Shown: in pieces, positions 19,243-26,969 of the stretch
How positions within the stretch are numbered: the first letter of the stretch is position 1
Layout: the number at the start of each line of letters is the position of its first letter
Assembly: GCA_024684535.1 (NCBI GenBank)
Contig: JAIKWQ010000052.1
Coordinates: 1-56,566 of the forward strand
Length of the DNA stretch: 56,566 nucleotides
Origin: Eubacterium sp.
Lineage (GTDB): Bacteria; Bacillota; Clostridia; Lachnospirales; Lachnospiraceae
Direction: 5' to 3'
Position numbers and translations under genes: made by a program
The notes under the pieces: generated by a model
The model's input: only the letters and a program-made list of their open reading frames with translations
Told to the model about the DNA's origin: nothing
Database searches by the model: none

Positions 19243-20400
19243 TTATCGCGCTGTGTCTACAAAATTCTTAATTTTCTCAAGAGCATTTTTCAAATTCTCT
19301 ATGGAATACGCATAAGAAATACGCAAAAATCCCTCTCCACAAGCTCCGAATGCCGTTCCGGGAACCACCGCAACTTTTTCTTTTTCAAGAAGCTTCGTCG
19401 CAAATTCTTCCGATGTCATACCTGTTTTTTCTATACTCGGGAACACATAGAATGCTCCGCGTGGCTCAAAACAGGGCAAACCGATATCATTAAGCCTCTG
19501 AACCAGGAATCTCCTTCTCTCATCGTAGCTGTCTCTCATACGCTCCACATCGGCATCTCCGTTGCGAAGAGCCTCTATCGCCGCATACTGGCTGGTCGTA
19601 GGCGCGCACATAATCACATACTGATGAACCTTGACCATTTGCTTCAGAATCTCTACAGGCGCTGCTGCGTAACCGAGCCTCCACCCCGTCATCGCAAATG
19701 CCTTCGAAAATCCGTTTATAACTATAGTTCTTTCCTTCATACCCGGAAGTGATGCTATGGAAACATGTCTTCCGTCGAATGTCAATTCCGCATAAATCTC
19801 ATCAGACAGTACAAAAATGTCCCGCTCCTTAACGATTTCCGCAATCTCTTTCAGCTCATCTTCATCCATCACCGCGCCGGTAGGGTTGTTCGGGAATGGC
19901 AAAATCAAAAGCTTGGTTTTGTCAGTAATCGCGCTCAAAAGCTTTTCTTTTGTGAGTTTGAACTGATCTTTTGCATCGAGAGCAAGTCTCACGGGCTTTC
20001 CGCCTGCCAAAGCCACACAGGGAAGATATGACACATAGCAGGGCTCCGGTATGATAACCTCATCTCCGGGATTGAGCATAACTCTGCACGCCAAATCTAT
20101 CGCCTCACTGCCTCCGACAGTGATAAACACTTCTTCCTTCACATAATCAAGCTCAAATCGCCTTTTCAGATAGTTGCAAACTTCCTGTCGAAGCTCTGCA
20201 AGACCTGAATTGGAAGTATAGAATGTTCTTCCCTTCTCAAGCGAGTATATTCCTTCCTCCCTGATATGCCAGGGAGTATCGAAATCAGGCTCGCCGACAC
20301 CAAGAGATATTACATCCTCCATCGTGCTTGCCAGATCGAAAAATCTTCTGATACCGGACGGCTCAAGCGCCGTAACGGTCTCTGATAATCTGTAATTCAT
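19243..20400 (-). CDS. PLP-dependent aminotransferase class I/II (YugH/AlaT-like)
   Basis: GEPDFDTP, PNNPTG, SDEIY and FSKAFAMTGWRLGY. Confidence 0.9.
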   Translation of the reverse strand: MNYRLSETVTALEPSGIRRFFDLASTMEDVISLGVGEPDFDTPWHIREEGIYSLEKGRTFYTSNSGLAELRQEVCNYLKRRFELDYVKEEVFITVGGSEAIDLACRVMLNPGDEVIIPEPCYVSYLPCVALAGGKPVRLALDAKDQFKLTKEKLLSAITDKTKLLILPFPNNPTGAVMDEDELKEIAEIVKERDIFVLSDEIYAELTFDGRHVSIASLPGMKERTIVINGFSKAFAMTGWRLGYAAAPVEILKQMVKVHQYVIMCAPTTSQYAAIEALRNGDADVERMRDSYDERRRFLVQRLNDIGLPCFEPRGAFYVFPSIEKTGMTSEEFATKLLEKEKVAVVPGTAFGACGEGFLRISYAYSIENLKNALEKIKNFVDTAR

Positions 20401-20882
20401 GGTGTTATCAACTGCCTTTCATCTATATCCGAGGGCTTCTCGAGAGGTATACCATGCTCTTTGTATTTTTTCAAAACAAAATAAGTCGCACAGCTGGTAA
20501 CTGACTCCATCGGCGCAAGTTTCTGAGTTACAAACTTCGCAACCTCTTTCATGCTGCTTCCGTCGATAATAACAGTAAAATCAAAGTTTCCGCTCATCAG
20601 ATACACTGACTTAACCTCATCAAACTGATATATTCTCGCTGCAATCTTGTCAAATCCGCGACCTCTCTCGGGGGCAGTCTTGACCTCGATAACAGCCGTC
20701 ACTCTCTCATCACCGGTTTTATCCCAGTTGATCAACGCGGGATAACCACAGATTATTCCCTCATCCTCCATCTCTTTGATGGCATTTTTCACGTCCTCGG
20801 CTGTGCTCTCAAGCATCGCCGCCAGGTCCTCTGTCGATAATCTTCCGTTCTGGGCAAGATTTTTCAGAATCTTCTCTCTCAT
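20397..20882 (-). CDS. Lrp/AsnC transcriptional regulator (YugG/AlaR-like)
   Basis: N-terminal HTH, YLMSGNFD and FVLKKYKEHG; 4-bp overlap with the aminotransferase gene. Confidence 0.88.
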   Translation of the reverse strand: MREKILKNLAQNGRLSTEDLAAMLESTAEDVKNAIKEMEDEGIICGYPALINWDKTGDERVTAVIEVKTAPERGRGFDKIAARIYQFDEVKSVYLMSGNFDFTVIIDGSSMKEVAKFVTQKLAPMESVTSCATYFVLKKYKEHGIPLEKPSDIDERQLITP

Positions 20883-20897
20883 ACTGCCACTCCTTTT

Positions 20898-21521
20898 CTA
20901 TTTTTCAGGTTCAACCTGCAAAACCTTGTAGATTTCATCTTCTTCGGGCGGGTTCAAATACCTGACCTTATCTCCGCTCTTTACGGTTTTCGCTTTTGTA
21001 TCATTGAGATATCCGATAACGGTCGCAGGTATACCCACTTCCTCAAATCTGTCTGCCAAAAGCGCTCCGTTCGTAACAACAGCAATCATCGCTCCGCCTG
21101 ACAAAAGCAGGTACGGATTCAAATCAAGCACTTCACAGATTTCTATAGTCTCCTGACGGATAGGAATTCTCTCAAGTGATACCTCGAGTCCCATATCGAC
21201 CCTTTCACCGAGATTCCAAAGTGCTGCAAAAATGCCCGCTTCGTCGACCTGTCCGACAATCTTTGCACCCGCTCCAAATGCGATCTGAAACTCACTCTCG
21301 TCTATAAAATAGCTCGTAAATTTTTTTGCCGCATCTATAATACTCTGCGGAAGGGCATCTTTTATGTATTCCTCACCTGTTGCAGCTATATTAGCGGTCC
21401 CGTACAGGCCAATCCACCTGCTGACAACTATCGCATCTCCCGGCTCGAATCGTTGTTCATAGTCAGGAATTATATCTCCAAGCGACAAAAATGTTCCCTT
21501 CGTTATTTTGTTGTTAGGCAT
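20898..21521 (-). CDS. AIR synthase/HypE-related protein (C-terminal domain only)
   Basis: PGDAIVVSRWIGLYGT, GIFAALW and IPIRQETIEICE..LNPYLLLSGG. Confidence 0.7.
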   Translation of the reverse strand: MPNNKITKGTFLSLGDIIPDYEQRFEPGDAIVVSRWIGLYGTANIAATGEEYIKDALPQSIIDAAKKFTSYFIDESEFQIAFGAGAKIVGQVDEAGIFAALWNLGERVDMGLEVSLERIPIRQETIEICEVLDLNPYLLLSGGAMIAVVTNGALLADRFEEVGIPATVIGYLNDTKAKTVKSGDKVRYLNPPEEDEIYKVLQVEPEK

Positions 21522-23011
21522 CAGTCGTCCTCATCCGCTTTGGGCGCCGGTGTTTTCTTCGGCTTTTCCGTCGCTTTTGGTTTCTCCGTCGCTTTCGGTT
21601 TTTCGGTAGCTTTCGGTTTTTCGGTAGCTTTCGGCTCCTCTTTTCCGGATCCTTTTGTGATGTGTTTCGGAACTGCTTTGTATGAACTTGAATTTATCTG
21701 TTTTTTGGTCTTTTTGCCGTTTTCGGTTACTATTTTCCACAGCACGGCTTCGTATCCGATATGCGCCGCCTGATCCACGTGCTCGTATGAAGGCGGTTTG
21801 GTCGGATCGAGAGTGACTTTATCCTCGCCCGGTTCGGTTTTTTTCAAGACTTCCGATACGAATTCGACTTTTCTGTCCGGATCTCTGGTTTCTTCACCGT
21901 AGACATTGAAGTAGATCACGCCTGAATCCGTCCATCCCTGAATCAGCACCGGCACGTCTGTATTGTTTCTGAACTTGAAATCTTTGTAATCATCGGCGAT
22001 AGCCGCGTCCATAGACGGCTTGACGTAACTTACAACCATAGAGTGCGGCGCTCTCTCTACGATTTCCAATTCAGCGCGCAAAACTGCATTGTAAAGCGTC
22101 GTCGAAACCTGACACACACCTCCGCCGATAGAATCTACAACTTCACCGTTGTTGTATGAAGGAGCTGCATAGTAGCCGTTCTCCTCCGTCATCGGTGATA
22201 TAGCATCGTGAACCGAAAAAGTTTTTCCCGGATACACAACGCTTCCGCTTATCAGTCTGGCAGCATTCGCAAGGTTTTTCGACCTGGAAACGTTGCCGGC
22301 CTGGAACTGGGTTGAGAATGTTCCAATCTTATCTTTGCATTTTTTAACCTGCTCATATGTGATCTCAGGCTTTTGCACAACAAGAATCGCGTCAACCTCT
22401 ATATCACCTTCGAGAGTCTGCTCTACAGCAGTTTTGATGACATCGATTGTCGCATCCACGTCAACCGAAACTCCCTCTCGTGATTTGGTGTACTTAAACT
22501 CACCGTTCTCCATTTTAACGGTGGCATTTTTCGCTTTCTTCACCTGCATACCGCAGTTTTTCTTGACGAATTTTTTGACCTTTTTCTCAGAATATGTATA
22601 GGTAAGAGTGTAGTTCACATGCTCTTCCTTGATTCTCTCGGCTTCTCTGATATTATCTACGATAGAACCCTGTTTAGCCAGGCTCATAGCATTTTCGACG
22701 GTATCATTTTCCTCCGCGCGAAATTCAAGCTCATCAAGTGTGGTCTCGACAAGTTTACCACTCACATTGACAGTAAGCTTTCTGTCGCTTTTTCCCTGTG
22801 TATACTGCTCAATTGCCGACTGCGCCTGGGCCGCAGTCATTCCTGACAGATTGATTCCGTCGACATACACGCCCTCAACTATCTTGTCCGGATCCGGAGC
22901 TTTTCTCATCAGAAAAACGAGCGCACAGACTCCTGTGAGCATAGCCATTATTATAAACACGATAAGTGCTGGAAAAATATGCGGTTTCTTTCTCTCGTTC
23001 ATTGATTTCAT
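21521..23011 (-). CDS. VanW-family protein with peptidoglycan-binding-like region
   Basis: TM anchor, GVYVDGINLSGMT, GGGVCQVSTTLYNA, ERAPHS and DFKFRN. Confidence 0.9.
   Translation of the reverse strand: MKSMNERKKPHIFPALIVFIIMAMLTGVCALVFLMRKAPDPDKIVEGVYVDGINLSGMTAAQAQSAIEQYTQGKSDRKLTVNVSGKLVETTLDELEFRAEENDTVENAMSLAKQGSIVDNIREAERIKEEHVNYTLTYTYSEKKVKKFVKKNCGMQVKKAKNATVKMENGEFKYTKSREGVSVDVDATIDVIKTAVEQTLEGDIEVDAILVVQKPEITYEQVKKCKDKIGTFSTQFQAGNVSRSKNLANAARLISGSVVYPGKTFSVHDAISPMTEENGYYAAPSYNNGEVVDSIGGGVCQVSTTLYNAVLRAELEIVERAPHSMVVSYVKPSMDAAIADDYKDFKFRNNTDVPVLIQGWTDSGVIYFNVYGEETRDPDRKVEFVSEVLKKTEPGEDKVTLDPTKPPSYEHVDQAAHIGYEAVLWKIVTENGKKTKKQINSSSYKAVPKHITKGSGKEEPKATEKPKATEKPKATEKPKATEKPKKTPAPKADEDD
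21558..21635 (-). repeat. 18-bp tandem repeat encoding (KATEKP)x4
   Basis: Four units, e.g. ttcggtttttcggtagct on the plus strand; two of them are identical. Confidence 0.9.
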
Positions 23012-23088
23012 CCTTTGTTACTTGAAGTTTTCAAAAAAATATAATATAATAGTATACCATGGTTTGCAAAAAAACACAAGTAAACGCG

Positions 23089-23196
23089 TCAGTGCGCAGA
23101 AGTAGCTATAGATGCAACTATACCCGCTACCATGGCCAAAATCAGAACCACGCTGACGATAACTGCTACCAATCTTTGTTTTTTACGGTTGAGCAT
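23089..23196 (-). CDS. 35-aa single-TM peptide (Prli42/DUF4044-like); not in the ORF track
   Basis: GAAAGGAG RBS, ATG 23196, MLNRKKQRLVAVIVSVVLILAMVAGIVASIATSAH, TGA. Confidence 0.75.
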   Translation of the reverse strand: MLNRKKQRLVAVIVSVVLILAMVAGIVASIATSAH

Positions 23197-23307
23197 ATGT
23201 TTTGCACTCCTTTCAATATTATCCGTATATGATACAATTTTGCATTGTCAAAACTGTTGCAAAGTAATATTATAACAGTAAACTCAAAGTTTTACAAGGA
23301 GAAACTG

Positions 23308-23937
23308 ATGATAACAGTCCCTGTTTTTATAATAATCTTCCTAATCTTCATCGCCTGGACTCAGTATGAGATGAAAAAAGGCGACAAAGCTGCAAGAAAA
23401 GCGGAAGAAGAATTCCTCGCCAGAGAATACGAAGCAAATCACACGGAGAAAAAAGACATCTCTGATCTCCCGATACTCCGTTTCGAAGAGGACATCATAC
23501 CCGTCCCCGAAGAAGGCACAGTTTCCGAATCAGATGATATAACAGGCTATATCAACAGCCTGCGCAATCTGATCCACGAGCCTATGATGGATCTTTCCTC
23601 ATACTCAAACACTGACTTAAAACTCACCTATGGAACAGCAAACTTCACGCTTTTGTCAAGCTATGACGCGAATTACACAAGTTTTCTGATGCTGTTCACC
23701 AATCTCGCACGCGCGTATGAACGTAGGGAGATGTATGACCTTGCGGAAAAATCATACCGCGCGGCTCTTACTGCAGGTTCCATCAAGCTTAATGACTACA
23801 CCGGACTTGCAAAAATTTACCTAAAAACGGACAACCCCGCTGCCATAACCGCTCTCATCGAGGAGGTACAGGCATCCGACATCGTCCGCAAAGAAGGTAT
23901 AGTCGAAGCGCTCAAACGCGAACTGGCGAAGTACTGA
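23308..23937 (+). CDS. hypothetical membrane-anchored protein with TPR-like C-terminal helices
   Basis: AAGGAG RBS before ATG 23308, N-terminal TM segment, FLAREYEAN..KKDISDL. Confidence 0.7.
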   Translation: MITVPVFIIIFLIFIAWTQYEMKKGDKAARKAEEEFLAREYEANHTEKKDISDLPILRFEEDIIPVPEEGTVSESDDITGYINSLRNLIHEPMMDLSSYSNTDLKLTYGTANFTLLSSYDANYTSFLMLFTNLARAYERREMYDLAEKSYRAALTAGSIKLNDYTGLAKIYLKTDNPAAITALIEEVQASDIVRKEGIVEALKRELAKY

Positions 23938-23938
23938 C

Positions 23939-25045
23939 TCACCAGGTTCCGAATTTCTTTTTGCTCCATTTTTTCATATTGTTTATAACGGCGATTGATC
24001 CGCTGTCATTCCAATGCAATCCGTCTCCGTCATCATAAGCGCTCTTCAGACGGTTTCCGCTGGCAAGAACATCCGTTGACGGGCAGAAAAATGCACAGCT
24101 GTGTTTTTTGGCAAAGCTCTGATATGCAGAGTTAAACTTGGCTCTTTCTGCATCTGTCGGTGCGTCACCCGGTCTGTGAGCTCCCATAGGCGGTATTTTT
24201 ACAAGTATAAATTCTATGTGTTTGTTTATCTTTCTGAGCAGATTATACATCTTGGTGAAATTTCCCATAGTATAACCTGTGGTAGCCCATGCTGATTCAT
24301 TGGAACCTACAAGGAAGTACACTCTGTCCGGATGGTAGTATGCTATTCTCTCGATGCCTGTGATATTTTGTCCTTTGTATGAAAAATAATTACTGTGAAG
24401 CATCGTATATGAGTTGATGCCTATTTTCCCGAGCAGATGGACATTTTTCGGAAGATGTCCCTTCACATTCAGCATTCCGTAGACGAAACATTCTCCCGCT
24501 ATAACAGAACACGGTACCTTCGGTACGACATATACTGATTTTGCGGCACTTGCTTTTCCGGAAAATGTTTTTTTCTTGATTTTTAACTGTGCCTGAACCT
24601 TATAATAATATTGCTTTCTTTTCGCAGCATTTTTGTCGGTATAAGAAGTCTTTTTGATCGTAGCTACTGTTTTGTATCCGCTTTTCTTTTTCTTTGATCT
24701 GAGTACATTATATGAAGTAGCTCCTGATTGTTTTTTCCAGGAAAGCTTGACTTTTTTCTCAATACTTTTTTTGATTTTCAGACCTTTTACTTTGGTCTTT
24801 TTGAATTTGTCTGCCTTTTTTTGTTCTGCAGGTGTCAGAGCATTTGGATCCTCAGTTGGAGTAGGTGTCGGTGTGATGTCCGGATCTTCAGTCTCACCGG
24901 GCTCTCCCTCTGTTTTCGCACTATGCCCGATTTTCCACGACTCAGAATATTTTCCGTACGCATTAGGTTCCCCGACACATCCGGTCAGCATAACCTGTGC
25001 AAAAACCGCCAAACAGCAAAGTAAACTAACAAGCTTTTTCATCAT
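23939..25045 (-). CDS. lipoprotein with FN3 and SGNH/GDSL-like domain (Cys at the nucleophile position)
   Basis: Lipobox LTGC, P/T linker, FN3, block I AGECF, block III GSNE, block V DGLHWN. Confidence 0.75.
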   Translation of the reverse strand: MMKKLVSLLCCLAVFAQVMLTGCVGEPNAYGKYSESWKIGHSAKTEGEPGETEDPDITPTPTPTEDPNALTPAEQKKADKFKKTKVKGLKIKKSIEKKVKLSWKKQSGATSYNVLRSKKKKSGYKTVATIKKTSYTDKNAAKRKQYYYKVQAQLKIKKKTFSGKASAAKSVYVVPKVPCSVIAGECFVYGMLNVKGHLPKNVHLLGKIGINSYTMLHSNYFSYKGQNITGIERIAYYHPDRVYFLVGSNESAWATTGYTMGNFTKMYNLLRKINKHIEFILVKIPPMGAHRPGDAPTDAERAKFNSAYQSFAKKHSCAFFCPSTDVLASGNRLKSAYDDGDGLHWNDSGSIAVINNMKKWSKKKFGTW

Positions 25046-25190
25046 TGATGTCCTTTCTTTGATCCGGAAAAAACGTCTGCTCCAAATAATACTTCTTTAA
25101 TCCATTTTCTCTAACTTGTTAATATACACCTGTTTACGGAGTTAATCAAGAGTTTTTTTTGTAATATATTATAAGAATTGTTACATTAAT

Positions 25191-25772
25191 CTACTGTGCA
25201 AGAATGGTTTCAGCAGCCTCACCTCTGGTGATGCAACTGTCCATAGCAAGTTTTCCTATATACTTGTGAGCCTCCTCCTCGCTCATTTTTTTCTCATCGA
25301 TAAGTTTCCACTTTGCGCGATTGACGATACGTATCTCGTTCATCTTTTCCTCGAGCGACAGAACTTTTTTCTCCGTTTTTTTCAGTCTGTCCTGAATCGC
25401 GCACATCAACCTCACACTTCGACTGACAGACTTTACGGTTGCCGGTTTGGTGATAACTATGATTCCGTAATCAGTCACTTTTTCAGCTACGTCCTCGCTG
25501 ATTTCAGATGACGCGGTGATGATCACTCCCGCGGTATACTTCGTGGAGATATCCATCGCCAGCTCTACTCCCGGTTCATCGGAGAGCGGCATGTTTATGA
25601 TTACTATATCGTAGCTTCTTTCTATCAGTTCGCGTCTGGCTAAAGACGCACTTTTTCTAACCTCGATCGCGCGATATCTCCCATCAGAGAGAGCGCGCTC
25701 AACCGAGGCTGCAAATTTTTCATATGACGATACTACCAGCACATCGTGCTGTTTTCTGTTACTGTCGGCCAT
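25191..25772 (-). CDS. ANTAR antiterminator with pseudo-receiver domain (NasT/AmiR/NitR-like)
   Basis: C-terminal IVNRAKWKLI...MSEEEAHKYIGKLAMD...AETIL. The receiver has VVSS and IINMP in place of DD and the phospho-Asp. Confidence 0.9.
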   Translation of the reverse strand: MADSNRKQHDVLVVSSYEKFAASVERALSDGRYRAIEVRKSASLARRELIERSYDIVIINMPLSDEPGVELAMDISTKYTAGVIITASSEISEDVAEKVTDYGIIVITKPATVKSVSRSVRLMCAIQDRLKKTEKKVLSLEEKMNEIRIVNRAKWKLIDEKKMSEEEAHKYIGKLAMDSCITRGEAAETILAQ

Positions 25773-25779
25773 CTATCCC

Positions 25780-26955
25780 CTAATCTGCGCAGTAACTGTC
25801 AAGAACAGCCTGCGGAACATTTTTCTTTATGAAATCACTTTTCATAGCGATTTCTCTGGCTTCCTTCAATGACTGTGGAAGCAGCAGATCGTCTCCCGTC
25901 TGTCCCTCGGGGAGCTCGAGCCTATTCTCGATACCGTATAATCCGGCCTCAATAAGCAGCGAGTACGCAAGATACGGGTTTGAAAGCGCGTCAGGCGAAC
26001 GAAGCTCCGTACGAATAAGTCCTTTGTGTTCGCTCACATGCATCAAAGCATTCGGGCAGGCTGCAGACCAATTGATCCTGTCGGGCGCGGTGTTTGTTCC
26101 AAATCTTCTGTAGGAAGCGTCTGACGGGTTCATAAACAATGTGATGTCTTTGATTTTGTCAAGTATTCCCGCTGCCACGTATTTGCATACATCTTTGCCG
26201 TCTCCATCCGTTGCGTAGATATTTATGTGATATCCGTTTCCGGGATTTCCTTTGAGCGGCACCGGTGAAAAATCGGCGCACAGTCCGTTCCTGCCGGCAA
26301 TCGTGCTCACTGCCATCATAAATGTTGACATCTGATCAGCGGCCTCCAGCGGAAGTCCATGGTGGAAATCAATCTCATTCTGACCCGGTCCCTCCTCGTG
26401 GTGCGAGCGCTCGGGCTGCAATCCCATCTCTTCTATCGTAAGACATATCTCTCGTCTGATATTTTCACCCTTGTCGGCAGGCGCGATATCCATATATCCT
26501 GCCTCATCATACGGAATTTCAGTTCTGTTACCCTCATCGTCAAGCTTAAAAAGGTAGAATTCCGACTTCGAACCGAACTTAAACTCAATTCCTTTTTCCT
26601 CAGCATGCTTAACCGCTCTCTCGAGCATCACTCTGGTATCGGCATCGCAGAGTTTACCGTCTTCCGTATACACGTCACAGAACATCTTGACAACTCGACC
26701 GCTTTCCGGTCTCCATGGAAGAATAGTAAGCGTAGACGCATCCGGTCTCAGGTACAGAAGCGAACCGGTGCTCTCGGAAAAACCGTCGATATGACGCGCG
26801 TTTATGGCTATTCCTTCGGTAAATGCCTTTTTGATTTCCTTTGGCATAACCGAAATATTTTTCTGAACTCCATACGCATCGCGAAACATCAGTCGTATAA
26901 ACTTCACGTCTTCTTCTTCGATAAACTGAGTTATCTCTTCAGGTGAATAAATCAT
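25780..26955 (-). CDS. glutamine synthetase type I-like protein, short and degenerate
   Basis: VKFIRLMF, LTILPWRP, HHEEGPGQNEIDF and ELRSPD..NPYL are present. Several catalytic motifs are altered and the protein is only 391 aa. Confidence 0.85.
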   Translation of the reverse strand: MIYSPEEITQFIEEEDVKFIRLMFRDAYGVQKNISVMPKEIKKAFTEGIAINARHIDGFSESTGSLLYLRPDASTLTILPWRPESGRVVKMFCDVYTEDGKLCDADTRVMLERAVKHAEEKGIEFKFGSKSEFYLFKLDDEGNRTEIPYDEAGYMDIAPADKGENIRREICLTIEEMGLQPERSHHEEGPGQNEIDFHHGLPLEAADQMSTFMMAVSTIAGRNGLCADFSPVPLKGNPGNGYHINIYATDGDGKDVCKYVAAGILDKIKDITLFMNPSDASYRRFGTNTAPDRINWSAACPNALMHVSEHKGLIRTELRSPDALSNPYLAYSLLIEAGLYGIENRLELPEGQTGDDLLLPQSLKEAREIAMKSDFIKKNVPQAVLDSYCAD

Positions 26956-26969
26956 TTTTCCCTTCCTTT

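Noticed and set aside
21558-21635. CRISPR-like array
   Set aside because: These are contiguous in-frame coding repeats without spacers, and there are no cas genes.
25160-25185. TGTAA...TTACA as a GlnR/TnrA box
   Set aside because: The spacer is 16 nt rather than 7, and the site lies downstream of the nitrogen operon.
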